Of a stretch of DNA of 64,000 bases, positions 8,753-18,409 are shown in pieces. The notes below the pieces were generated by a model that had not been told where the DNA came from, did no database searches, and saw only the letters and a list, made by a program, of their open reading frames with translations. The stretch is taken from positions 2,912,001-2,976,000 of the forward strand of contig CATQHZ020000001.1 in assembly GCA_958296135.2 (NCBI GenBank). Reading direction: 5' to 3'. Numbering within the stretch: position 1 is the stretch's first letter; each line of letters starts with the position of its first letter. Source of the DNA: an uncultured Poribacteria bacterium (GTDB lineage: Bacteria > Poribacteria > WGA-4E > WGA-3G). The translations under genes were made by a program, and so were the position numbers.

Positions 8753-11700
8753 AACGGTAACGGGAGATTGTCAACAATCCGCACCGTCTCTAAACTCACG
8801 GTGATAATACGTCCGATTAATTCCATAATATAGCGCGGCGCGGCGGGACGATTCGGGTCGTTCACGATACCGCTCGCATCGGCCTCCGTCACTTGATACC
8901 GTTCTAACACCCAGTCCAACGCCGAATATGTGCCTAACTGATAGGCGAACGCCTCCGCAGGAATGCCCTCCAACGTGAGGAAATCGTTGTAGTGGATGCA
9001 CGTTTTGTCATCGGATAGCCGCATTTTCGCTACGCGCCAATCGAGTTGCATGCCCGGCGTTTCAACGCGCCGGAGCGGATATTCCGGCTGGTTCTCATAA
9101 TGGATATGCAGTTCTGCCAATGCTTTCCCTGCAGTGGCAAATCCCCAAAAGTCTGGCGCGAACGGCAGGTGCGGTAAATCACGTTTGAGGTTCAGCCCAT
9201 ACTTCTCGCGGTAATGCGGATGATGCAAGAGGCCATAAGCATAGTGGAAAATGTGCCACTTCTCAATAGAGGTATCGCCGTAATGCGCGCGAAATTGTGC
9301 CAACGCCCAATCGGTGATGTTCTCGCGCCGATTAGTGCCGTCCTCATCGTAAGTGTAGAAGGGAAAGCACTGATCCGCGCCTAACATGCCAAAAAACGGA
9401 ATGATGTTTGTCATCAGGCAGTGGAACGGTTTTTGACTTCCAACGCCACTGACACATATCGCCCGATTTTCTCCTTCTGTCTCTGCGGTAGGAAAGAAAG
9501 AAGGCAACCGATAAACACAATTATTCAGCACACGATGGAAGAAAAGATTTGATTTTGTGAAAGGACGGTAGAGTGCAGTTCTCACGTTGTTTTCAGCATA
9601 TTCGATTGTTCTACCGCGCGTCAAGTCTTGTCTTAATTCGCGATCCCACTTAATGTGTTCGTCGTCGTAAACCACAAAATCGTTGACGTTGACCTCTAAA
9701 TCTGTCCGCCGTTCCCATCGGAACACTTGCTGATTGTAGAAATCAATTGTCCGTTCAATGTTTGCAGCGAGCACATTTCGGTTGAAGTTGCACACCCAAT
9801 CATCGCGTCCGGTCTTAATAGGGTTGCAATACGTGCGAAATATCGCGCCTTCGGGTTTGCTCTTGCTCGCTTTTACCGCTTTGCTTCCTATCGGCATGAA
9901 GGTTGCGAATTCGGGGCGAAGTCCTTCGGTGAGCCACGTGTGCTTCGCATCGATATCGGCGCGTTTCATCGGCACGGTGGTGTAGTCGCCGAATTGGGTT
10001 AGGACGTTCTGTTTTTCGTCAGATTTCAGATAGTCGTCAACGTGATAGAGCCAGACTTCAGCCGGGTCTGACGTTTTTGTTGCGTCTGCCTTTTTGACGA
10101 GGAGACTGATGCCGACGCTGACCCGCACCTTATCGTCAAAGACGTTGCCGCCCTCTCTGCGCCGTCGTTCGCCGGAGGTTCGCGCGTTACCTTTGAGATC
10201 GATGTGATAAATTTTCGTGAAGTCCTGCGCTAGATGCTTCCGGATGCCATCGGCGGAGATAGCGTCAAGGAAGCTGTTATTCGTCACGAAGGCGATAATC
10301 CCTTCCTTTCCGATTCTATCGGATGCCCAGCGGAGTGACTTAATGTAGGGATCGTAGAGCGAATTTTTGAGTTGCGCTGCGGAGTCTTGCACATAAGTTT
10401 CCCGCACTCGTTCATCCATCGCCTTGTATTTCCGATTCCGGTTGTTATCGCTGTCGTTGGCTTGCCAAGCGTTGTAAGGCGGGTTGCCGATGACGACGAA
10501 CATCGGTGCGTTCTTCTGTTTTTCGGCGCGCTCGGTGTTTTCGCGCGTCAGCAATGGCAGCTGCCGCGATTCCGCCAAATCGAACGTATCGACGAGACAG
10601 ATTTTGTCGAACGGCACATACCGCCCGGTTGCCTCATAAAACTCGTGTTCGATGTTCATGCCGGCGATGTAGTAGGGGAGGAGTAGCACTTCGTTGCAGT
10701 GAAGTTCGTGGCGATACTTGTGTTCCAACGCGGTCTTCTCGATTTCGCGCATGAGGCGGACGATGAAGTTGCCTGTGCCGACGAATGCGTCGATGATATG
10801 CACCCCCGGGTCGGATATCGTGCGTCCGAACTCGGTTTTCAAAATTTGCGCGACGCTTTTCACGATGAAATCGACGATGGGCTGCGGTGTGTAGACGATG
10901 CCGTGTGTATCGGCATCCTTCACGGAGAACCCTTGGAAGAATTGTTCGTAGACGGTGTTGAGGAAGTGCTGTTTTTGGGAGAAGTCTTGGCAGAGGCGCG
11001 CTGCGTCCTCAATGGCGCGATAGAACGTGTCTAGACTGGCGAGGAACTCGTCGCGGCTAAATGCCGCCTCTGTCAGCACGTCAATGACGTTTTCAATTTC
11101 GCGTGCGATGATATTTCGGCGCGTGAAATCGGGGTTATTGAAAACGGTGCGGAACGTGCGTTCTGTCAAAATGTGCTGGCTGAGCATCTCCTCCACGGCG
11201 GCGGTGGAGAGGTTTGGGTTGATAGAGGCGCGGCAGAGCTGATAAAAATCGGCGAAGCTTGTGGTGAAACGTGGATTCGTTTGGCGCGCGTTCTGGATGA
11301 TTTCTGTCAGTTCCTGTCCCAGGGCGGGCACTGTCTCCTTGAATTCGGCGACAGCGGTGTGCCAATTTTCAACAGCGGCTCCCGGGTCGGAGAAGAGTCG
11401 TTGGAGTGCGGCGATGAGGTTCTTAGGCTCGGTGATGTCCAAGTCAAGCACTTTCTGTCCGTTTTGGTAGAGTATCCCGCGTTGCGGCGTGTAAAAAAAG
11501 ATGTTGGTATCGGGGTAGCCGTTGGCAAATTTGCGTTGGATTTCGCGCCCCAGGTCATCGTGAATATCTTTTGCTTCGATGAAAGCGAAGGGGAGTCTGT
11601 ATTCGTCGAGTATTGCGCCATCAATGACGATGCGGTTTCCTGCATCGGTTCGCATTGCGTATTGCGGGACGAAGGTTGCATCGACTTTCTTCGCGCAGGC

Positions 11701-11829
11701 ATCCAATAGGGTTTGCAAGGGCAAACTCACTGCGCCTTCGTGCGTGACGTTGTGGGCATCAAACTGCTGCAGCGTGGCGTAGTATTCTTGGATGGGTTTG
11801 TGGTTGGGTTTGAGGTTGAGTTTTCGCAT
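8746..11829 (-). CDS. Single-polypeptide restriction-modification enzyme (N6-adenine MTase with type ISP-like C-terminal specificity domain, no helicase)
   Basis: N-terminal IDG..IEAK (PD-(D/E)xK), GIVYTPQPIVDF, motif I DAFVGTG, motif IV GNPPY, C-terminal LYRPF, NITDW, LHHPHYR and SALDWVLERY. Confidence 0.88.
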   Translation of the reverse strand: MRKLNLKPNHKPIQEYYATLQQFDAHNVTHEGAVSLPLQTLLDACAKKVDATFVPQYAMRTDAGNRIVIDGAILDEYRLPFAFIEAKDIHDDLGREIQRKFANGYPDTNIFFYTPQRGILYQNGQKVLDLDITEPKNLIAALQRLFSDPGAAVENWHTAVAEFKETVPALGQELTEIIQNARQTNPRFTTSFADFYQLCRASINPNLSTAAVEEMLSQHILTERTFRTVFNNPDFTRRNIIAREIENVIDVLTEAAFSRDEFLASLDTFYRAIEDAARLCQDFSQKQHFLNTVYEQFFQGFSVKDADTHGIVYTPQPIVDFIVKSVAQILKTEFGRTISDPGVHIIDAFVGTGNFIVRLMREIEKTALEHKYRHELHCNEVLLLPYYIAGMNIEHEFYEATGRYVPFDKICLVDTFDLAESRQLPLLTRENTERAEKQKNAPMFVVIGNPPYNAWQANDSDNNRNRKYKAMDERVRETYVQDSAAQLKNSLYDPYIKSLRWASDRIGKEGIIAFVTNNSFLDAISADGIRKHLAQDFTKIYHIDLKGNARTSGERRRREGGNVFDDKVRVSVGISLLVKKADATKTSDPAEVWLYHVDDYLKSDEKQNVLTQFGDYTTVPMKRADIDAKHTWLTEGLRPEFATFMPIGSKAVKASKSKPEGAIFRTYCNPIKTGRDDWVCNFNRNVLAANIERTIDFYNQQVFRWERRTDLEVNVNDFVVYDDEHIKWDRELRQDLTRGRTIEYAENNVRTALYRPFTKSNLFFHRVLNNCVYRLPSFFPTAETEGENRAICVSGVGSQKPFHCLMTNIIPFFGMLGADQCFPFYTYDEDGTNRRENITDWALAQFRAHYGDTSIEKWHIFHYAYGLLHHPHYREKYGLNLKRDLPHLPFAPDFWGFATAGKALAELHIHYENQPEYPLRRVETPGMQLDWRVAKMRLSDDKTCIHYNDFLTLEGIPAEAFAYQLGTYSALDWVLERYQVTEADASGIVNDPNRPAAPRYIMELIGRIITVSLETVRIVDNLPLPLP

Positions 11830-11990
11830 TATGTTTTATGATAACAGTATTGGGATAAAATTGTCAAGAGAAAAATAGAAACGGGGCCGCTGGGCCGCTG
11901 CACTCGCGACGGGAGGCTAGGGCGGCAGGGCGCACGCGGGGGACAGGCCCCCGCGCTACGGTGTGCTACGGGCAGCAGGGCACCTTATCC

Positions 11991-13292
11991 TCATTCAGAC
12001 ATCGTGCGGATGAGTGCGACGTTAAAAATTCTGCGTTCGTAACCGTGTGAAGGGCTGTTGGCGACTTGGCCTAACGCCCACAACGTTGAAGAGCTCCCGC
12101 CATCAAAATTAATAGCGTGCTTGATGCCGAGGGAGCGAAAGAAATCTGCCATGTCGTAGAGCGTCATCCCCATGCTATAGCCGGGCTGTCTGCCATCAAT
12201 GGTGATGAGGAACAATTTTTCGTCGTTGAACCCTAATGCACTGCGTGGATTTCGGCGCGTGGCGTTTCGGTGTGCGTTGCCGCCTCTGAAACGTGCGAGC
12301 TTTTCCAACTCCGGTTCAATCTCCCCGTCGCGCAAGAGCCGCAGATTGCCGCCGACACCCGAGTGGACAGTCTGCCATTTTTCCGGTGTCAAGGCGATGG
12401 TGAGTTCGCCTTCAGCGGCTTCTGTTAGCTTATTGCGCCAGGCTTTCGCATGTGATGAGGTTACGGCGACAACAAGGCCGCGCGGCGGAATGGTGCTGTT
12501 GCCGCGCTGCGTGACAGCAGTGACGACAAAACGGCTGCGATACTTTCCGGTAAGCGGGAGTTCCACTTCTGCCAATGTGAGTTCGTAACATCGGCGCGTG
12601 AGGGTGCGTCTGCCAAACCGCGGCGTGTAGATAACGACAGGGCACAACGAATCACAAATCTGGTTGATACCGTCTATCTGAAAGGTCTCGCCGTCAATTT
12701 CAAGCGTTCCGTTTAGCTGCACCATGTCCATGAGAAACTCGCCATTGGGAGTTACGCCGAAGCTGGTTTCGCCCCAAGGTGATGGCGGCGAGTAGCCCCA
12801 TCTATCAAGTGGCATTGGGATGCTGACAAGTTCGCCGTTTTGGATGTGCAGGTTGTACATCATCCCGCCGCGGCCGCGCGAGTCTTCCCGAATGCCGAAG
12901 CTGCCGTTGACACCGGCTAAGGGTAGCATGCCTTTCTCCATGAGCCGTTTCGTTGCGCTGCTGATGGTCTCCCGCCCCAAAATGCGGGTGTTGGCGAGTT
13001 CTACGTCAAAGCGGAGCCCTTTCGCGTTGCGTTCCATCTCTGCGATGTAAACCGCGGCCTTGCCTGTCCACCAATATCGGTAGAGACGAAACCCGTCTGG
13101 CCAGCGTCCTTCCGCCAGTGCATCGCGCTTTCGGACAGTTTTGGGGAGAGTTTCGGCTTTAGTGCCGTTGCCGGGGGCTTCGGCGCGGAACGGTACGCGC
13201 AAGGCACTGATGGCTAAGATGAAAAGGAGGATGAGCCCACAGATGGCAATCAGTTTTTTGGGTATGGTGTTACGTTCTGCTGGATTTGGCAT
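11991..13292 (-). CDS. Phosphodiester glycosidase (NAGPA-family) protein
   Basis: N-terminal TM/signal; GVNGSF, NPRSALG, IDGRQ and AINFDGGSSS motifs. Confidence 0.88.
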   Translation of the reverse strand: MPNPAERNTIPKKLIAICGLILLFILAISALRVPFRAEAPGNGTKAETLPKTVRKRDALAEGRWPDGFRLYRYWWTGKAAVYIAEMERNAKGLRFDVELANTRILGRETISSATKRLMEKGMLPLAGVNGSFGIREDSRGRGGMMYNLHIQNGELVSIPMPLDRWGYSPPSPWGETSFGVTPNGEFLMDMVQLNGTLEIDGETFQIDGINQICDSLCPVVIYTPRFGRRTLTRRCYELTLAEVELPLTGKYRSRFVVTAVTQRGNSTIPPRGLVVAVTSSHAKAWRNKLTEAAEGELTIALTPEKWQTVHSGVGGNLRLLRDGEIEPELEKLARFRGGNAHRNATRRNPRSALGFNDEKLFLITIDGRQPGYSMGMTLYDMADFFRSLGIKHAINFDGGSSSTLWALGQVANSPSHGYERRIFNVALIRTMSE

Positions 13293-13314
13293 GGAAGTTC
13301 CTTTTTTATAGTTC

Positions 13315-13520
13315 TGCATGGCGATGGCCAGGTCCTCGCGCGACGGTGCTCAGCGCGCTCGGTGCATGGCGAGGCACAGGACCTCGCCCTACGGTGAGTG
13401 TGGAGTGCCTCGCGTCCGTAGCGCGGGGGCCTGTCCCCCGCGCTCGGTGCATGGCGAGGCACAGGACCGCGCCCTACGGTATGGGGCGGCCGGCCTGGTG
13501 CTCGCCGGGCCCGCGCCCTA
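13315..13520. repeat. REP cluster, family A, both orientations
   Basis: Includes CCGTAGCGCGGGGGCCTGTCCCCCGCG at 13416-13442. Confidence 0.85.
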
Positions 13521-14828
13521 GGGTGACAAGGCCGGTTTTGCTTTTAAACCGATGCCGGTCAGAATGGATACCGTCGTTTCGCCTTCGTTGATGATGCCAG
13601 CCTCGCGAAAATGCTCGTATCCTTTGACAACCACGGCAGAGGTTGGTTCAACATAAATACCACGTGTTGCTAGGGTTTCTATGCCGGCTTTGATTTCAGC
13701 GTCGTCAACGGTGGTGAATGCGCCGTTCGTATGACGCATTGCGTCTAAAATCATCTCGCCGCGGATAGGCAGTTCAGCAGTAATTCCTTCGGCAAGCGTC
13801 GGGCTGGTTTGCGTCATTCTTGAGACAGTTATTCTATTTCGTGGGGCGGCTGCTTGCTTGTGTTTATCGCTGTGCCGCCCTTCCCGATACGCGTTGTAAA
13901 TCGGACAGCAGACCGTGGGTTGAACGCCCAACAACCGCGGCATGTGCGCAATAACGCCAGCCGCGTGCAATTCGCGAAAACCGATGAACAACCCCAAATA
14001 GATGCTCCCGAAACCGACAGGACAGATAACGTGCGCGGGGACATCTCCGCCCAACTGTTCAACGATTTCAAACGCCACTGTTTTTGTGCCTTCCAAAAAG
14101 AAAGGGTGCCAGTTGTGAGAGGCGTAGCAGGTGTTTTTCGCTGCGTCTTTCACCGCCTCGGTTGTCGCCATGCGGTTGCCTTCAACGAGTTTCAATCCTG
14201 CGCCGTAGGCGGCAATCTGTGCTAATTTCCCTTTTGATGTCGATGCTGGGCAGTAAATAGTGCATCGGATGCCGGCTCGCGCGCTATAAGCCGCTATTGC
14301 CGCGCCTGCATTTCCAGACGAATCCTCAACGATTTCTTCAACGCCGAGTGCCTTGAGATGCGTGAGCAACACTGAAGCACCCCGGTCTTTGTAAGAACCG
14401 GTTGGGCAGAGGTAGTCTAGTTTGACATAGTGCCCTGAATCTTCCGCGGTATCAAGCGGTATCAGCGGTGTTATTCCTTCGCCGAGGGTGACGGTGTCTG
14501 CATCGTCAGGTATCGGGAGTGCGGCGCGATACCGCCATAGGGAGATGTCCTCTGCTGTGCGGGCTCCCGTAGGGCGAGGGCCTGTGGCTTGCGATGCGTC
14601 TGCTGCGTGTTCTACCGTAGGGCGAGGGCCTGTCCCTCGCCATGTCTCTGCTGTGCGGGCTCCCGTAGGGCGAGGGCCCGGCGATCGCGAATCGCCGAGG
14701 GTTCCCCCTCGCCATGCCTCTGGGCCCCAAAAACCGTCCCTTAGCCATAACGGTGAACCGCAGTCGCATTGGTAGCGCAGCGGTGATATGGGGTATGTTG
14801 CATTGCAGTGGCTGCAGGTGTATTGCAA
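13518..14828 (-). CDS. thrC: Threonine synthase-like PLP enzyme with an in-frame REP-derived insert
   Basis: CxxC..CxC N-terminus, LWRYR, TLGEGITPL, PTGSYKDRG (PLP lysine), DSSGNAG, YVEPTSA, LTGIGLK. Confidence 0.85.
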   Translation of the reverse strand: MQYTCSHCNATYPISPLRYQCDCGSPLWLRDGFWGPEAWRGGTLGDSRSPGPRPTGARTAETWRGTGPRPTVEHAADASQATGPRPTGARTAEDISLWRYRAALPIPDDADTVTLGEGITPLIPLDTAEDSGHYVKLDYLCPTGSYKDRGASVLLTHLKALGVEEIVEDSSGNAGAAIAAYSARAGIRCTIYCPASTSKGKLAQIAAYGAGLKLVEGNRMATTEAVKDAAKNTCYASHNWHPFFLEGTKTVAFEIVEQLGGDVPAHVICPVGFGSIYLGLFIGFRELHAAGVIAHMPRLLGVQPTVCCPIYNAYREGRHSDKHKQAAAPRNRITVSRMTQTSPTLAEGITAELPIRGEMILDAMRHTNGAFTTVDDAEIKAGIETLATRGIYVEPTSAVVVKGYEHFREAGIINEGETTVSILTGIGLKAKPALSP

Positions 14829-14847
14829 GTCTTTCTCCTAGTGGACA

Positions 14848-15323
14848 GCATGGCGCGGCACAGGACCGCGCCCTACGGTGCTGGAGAGTTTCTCGTGCCC
14901 GTAGCGCGGGGGCCTGTCCCCCGCGATCGCTGCATGGCGAGGGACAGGCCCTCGCCCTACGGTGGTGCGGCGCGATCGGTGCATGGCGAGGCACAGGACC
15001 GCGCCCTACGGTGGTTCGGTATGCTCGGTGCATGGCGAGGCACAGGACCTCGCCCTACGGTGAGGGTGGAGTGGCTCGCGTCCGTAGCGCGGGGGCCTGT
15101 CCCCCGCGATCGCTGCCTGGCGCGTGACAGGCTCTCGCGCTGCGGTGGTTCGGTACGATCGGTGCATGGCGAGGGACAGGCCCTCGCCCTACGGTGAGGG
15201 TGGAGTGGCTCGCGTCCGTAGCGCGGGGGCTTGTCCGCCGCGCTCGGTGCATGGCGAGGCACAGGACCTCGCCCTACGGTATGGAGCGGCCGGCCTGGCG
15301 CGGGACAAGCCCTCACCCTACGG
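14848..15323. repeat. REP/BIME-like array, family A
   Basis: About ten hairpin copies in both orientations with repeated linkers (e.g. GGTGAGGGTGGAGTGGCTCGCGT twice). Confidence 0.9.
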
Positions 15324-15327
15324 ATGT

Positions 15328-16335
15328 TTATTCCTCATCCCAGGGCAGTGGGATACCGAGTCTCTCACTTGCTGCGCGCGCCGATGCTTGTTCCATTTCG
15401 CCGTATCGGATGCCTTTGCGGCGATGTCTTTCTGTGCGTTCTGCCTCAATCGCGCCGGGGAGTAGTGCTTCGTCGGTGCCGGGCATGGGTTCGTAGGTTT
15501 CGCGGATGTCGCGCACCATCCGGTCGACTTCAGCGTGGAATACCGCGGCGGGGACGACGGAGCCAATATCTATTGCTAGCACCATGCCGCCCATGCGGCC
15601 GCCGCTCCACTTCGCCGTGTCTTCGGGTGGCGGTTCGGTGAAGCCGGTCAGTGCGCCGCCGAGCAGACTCGCGATGGCGGTATAGCCGATGCTCTTAAAG
15701 AATGCCGCGGGAATAACAGAAAGCAATGCGTCAAAATCGGGGCCGCGCTGGTAATCCGCCATGATGCAGGTTGCCGCGTCCAACACGACAGGCGGCTCCT
15801 CTCCAGATGGAATGGCAAAACAGATTGGCGGGTTGCCGTAGTATCCGAGTTGCGGTTTTGATTCTTGGTGCCCCGCGTTGCCTTGCCCCCGAGACCCTTG
15901 TACCGAGAAGCCGATGCATCCGGATTCGTTGCAGAGGCGCGCGTAATGTCCGGCGGAGCCGTAGTGCCCGATATAGCGGACGAGTCCCATTCCGATGCCG
16001 ACTTCCTTCGCTTTAGCGATGGCGTATTCGGTGGCGCGCACCATCGGGAGGTATCCGAGGGTGCCGTTGCCATCAAGCACCACCGCGGTCTGCGTTTCAT
16101 GGAGGATGCGGAGTTTGGGACGCGGGTTGTGGCTGCCGTTTTCAAATCCGCCGCAGTAGCCGTTTACTGTCCGAGTGCCGTGGCTGCGAACACCGCGCAG
16201 ATCGGCGTTCACCAACAACCGGCTGATGAGGGCAGCGTGTTCATGTGTCAGGCCCGCTTTTTCAAAGCAGGCTGTTGAGAAATGGAGCAGTCGTTCTTCT
16301 TCGACAAGAACGAAAGTTTCCGGGGGTCTGTTCAT
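15328..16335 (-). CDS. Ldh_2-family oxidoreductase (type 2 malate/L-lactate dehydrogenase family)
   Basis: ADLRGVRSHG, LDGNGTLG, HYGSAGHYA, GNPPICFAIP and LLPGAIE motifs. Confidence 0.88.
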   Translation of the reverse strand: MNRPPETFVLVEEERLLHFSTACFEKAGLTHEHAALISRLLVNADLRGVRSHGTRTVNGYCGGFENGSHNPRPKLRILHETQTAVVLDGNGTLGYLPMVRATEYAIAKAKEVGIGMGLVRYIGHYGSAGHYARLCNESGCIGFSVQGSRGQGNAGHQESKPQLGYYGNPPICFAIPSGEEPPVVLDAATCIMADYQRGPDFDALLSVIPAAFFKSIGYTAIASLLGGALTGFTEPPPEDTAKWSGGRMGGMVLAIDIGSVVPAAVFHAEVDRMVRDIRETYEPMPGTDEALLPGAIEAERTERHRRKGIRYGEMEQASARAASERLGIPLPWDEE

Positions 16336-16409
16336 GATGTTGCTCCTTGGACGAATCCGGTGGGCGCGCGTTGCAAGCGCGCCTACCGGGTGCGTGCTGC
16401 GTTTCGCGC

Positions 16410-17567
16410 TTACGGGTCCAACTGTTTATAGAATACCTTCGTCCCGTCCTTGACAGTCATAATAACGACACTCTTGGTAGGATGGCGGTTTGCATTGTAG
16501 CCCGCGATGGTAGTGACACCGACGTAGTTCTTCGTCGCGGCGATTTCATTTCGGATGGCGGTGGCATCGAAACTGCCGGCGCGTTCTACGGCTGCGGCGA
16601 GCAATTTGACGCAGTCGTAGCTGACAGCGATGCCGCCGACCGGGGTGATTCCGTGCAGTGTTTCGTATTTCTTAACAAACGTCTGTATTGTCGGCTGCTC
16701 GGCGTTCGGTGAGAAGTGCGTGCTGAAGAAACTCCCTTCGATTTGCGCTTCTTCACTTTCTAGCAAGGTTGCGCTGTCCCATGCATCTGCGCCGAGGAAG
16801 ATGGTGGGTTTCCCGGCGGCGTTTTGCAGTGCCATAGCGCGCGCCTGCTTCGTGATGTGCACGACACCTTCTGCAAAGCTGGCGATGAAAAGCGCGTCGG
16901 GGGCGGCAGCGGCTACCCGGGTCAGCTGTTCGGTGAAGTCGGTTGCGCCGGCTTCATAAAATTCCTTTGCCACGATTTCGCCGCCCGCTTTGGCGACATT
17001 AGCCGTGAAGATTTCGGTGATGCCTTCGGAATAGACATCTCCCTGTTGCGCTATCACTGCCGCCTTGGTGCCCCCAAGTTCTTTTATGGCGAATTGCGCC
17101 ATCACTTCACCTTGGAACAGATCTGTCGCCGATGCCATAAAGACAAAATCGCCCGCGTTTGTGACGCTCGGGTTCGTCGCTGTCGTCGTAATCATCGGGA
17201 TACCATACTTTTGTGCCACGGGGCCGACTTCAACGGCGTGCGTGGACCGGTTTGGCCCCAGGATAGCGATGACTCCCTCGTCGCGAATCATTCGTTCGGC
17301 AGCCGCGGCAGCAACCGCCGCGTCTTCTATCCCCACTTGGATAACCAATTCGATGGGCATGCCGAGGAGGCCACCCATCTCATTAATCTCGGCGACAGCT
17401 ATCGCTGCACCGTTGGGGAACGTTACGCGGCTCCCTGAGCCGAGGAACCCAATTTTAACGGACTGCGTTTGCTCCGGGGCGATTACCTCTTGGGCTCTGT
17501 TGCATCCAAGGAGCGTCAGCGCGAATGTAAGTAAAGCGAACGTTGCGATACATTTCGTTTTTGTCAT
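16410..17567 (-). CDS. Branched-chain amino-acid type ABC substrate-binding lipoprotein
   Basis: Lipobox LLGC; EINEMGGLLG, TATNPSVT, GATDFTEQL motifs; no cognate permease nearby. Confidence 0.88.
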   Translation of the reverse strand: MTKTKCIATFALLTFALTLLGCNRAQEVIAPEQTQSVKIGFLGSGSRVTFPNGAAIAVAEINEMGGLLGMPIELVIQVGIEDAAVAAAAAERMIRDEGVIAILGPNRSTHAVEVGPVAQKYGIPMITTTATNPSVTNAGDFVFMASATDLFQGEVMAQFAIKELGGTKAAVIAQQGDVYSEGITEIFTANVAKAGGEIVAKEFYEAGATDFTEQLTRVAAAAPDALFIASFAEGVVHITKQARAMALQNAAGKPTIFLGADAWDSATLLESEEAQIEGSFFSTHFSPNAEQPTIQTFVKKYETLHGITPVGGIAVSYDCVKLLAAAVERAGSFDATAIRNEIAATKNYVGVTTIAGYNANRHPTKSVVIMTVKDGTKVFYKQLDP

Positions 17568-17678
17568 ATCATCACCTTTTCTAAAAAAAAGTTTGTCTTA
17601 TTAAGCAATTTCTGATATAATCAGAATAGTTTTGTTATTATACCTTAACTTTGCGAAAATAAGCAAGCAATTTTGATT

Positions 17679-18404
17679 ATGGCTCTCATCACAGTCATCG
17701 GGCGTGGCCATTCTGGGACGCGCGCCATTTCTCACACGTTATACGCCAGCGGTGTTTTCATGGGCAGTCAGTTGAATCCGTCCGGGGATAAAATCCCGCC
17801 GCACGCCATGTATGACGCATGCCGCGTGATGGCACAGTCCGTTAAATGGCACGGCGGCCTCTCCTGGGGATTTGAACGGCTGCTAACGATGCCGATTGAT
17901 TCGGCGTTCAAGCGGCTTATCAACGACTACCTTGCGGATGTCCTCGAAAATGATGCTGCGCATAAAGGTTGGAAGCTTCCGGAAACGACGTTGGTTTACC
18001 CGTGGATAGCGCGGATGTTTCCGGAAATAAAATTCATCCATTGGATTCGCGACCCGAGGGACTGCATTTTGGGTAGCCACAAGACGGACGATTTGCGCGA
18101 TTTCGGCATCAATTACCCGCAAACTGACGATGTCTATGAGCGACGCGCGATCTCTTGGGTTTATCAATATCGGTTGATGCAGGCAACGCCGGCACCTGAG
18201 AACGTCACCCAGGTCCGCTTTGAGGACTTCGTGCTGAAGCAGGAAGAGACACTCCAGCGGCTTGAGGCATTTTTAGGGATACCGTTGGGTAGGATTATCG
18301 TCCGGCCGGACGCGGTCGCGCGCTGGAAAAGGGAGCCGGACGAACGGCGATACAATTTTGAATTTCTTCACGAGGCGATTGTTGAAAACGGTTATCTATT
18401 GTGA
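17679..18404 (+). CDS. Sulfotransferase
   Basis: 5'-PSB-like GRGHSGT, WKLP, 3'-PB-like IRDPRD..S and VRFEDF. Confidence 0.85.
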   Translation: MALITVIGRGHSGTRAISHTLYASGVFMGSQLNPSGDKIPPHAMYDACRVMAQSVKWHGGLSWGFERLLTMPIDSAFKRLINDYLADVLENDAAHKGWKLPETTLVYPWIARMFPEIKFIHWIRDPRDCILGSHKTDDLRDFGINYPQTDDVYERRAISWVYQYRLMQATPAPENVTQVRFEDFVLKQEETLQRLEAFLGIPLGRIIVRPDAVARWKREPDERRYNFEFLHEAIVENGYLL

Positions 18405-18409
18405 GGCTG

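Noticed and set aside
8289-8833. ORFs rich in RGTGPRPT / ARHRPSPY / GEAQALALR across REP arrays (also 14.8-15.3, 18.4-19.4, 20.5-21.5 and 25.6-26.1 kb)
   Set aside because: These are translations of GC-rich repeats open in several frames, with no SD or domain; treated as non-coding
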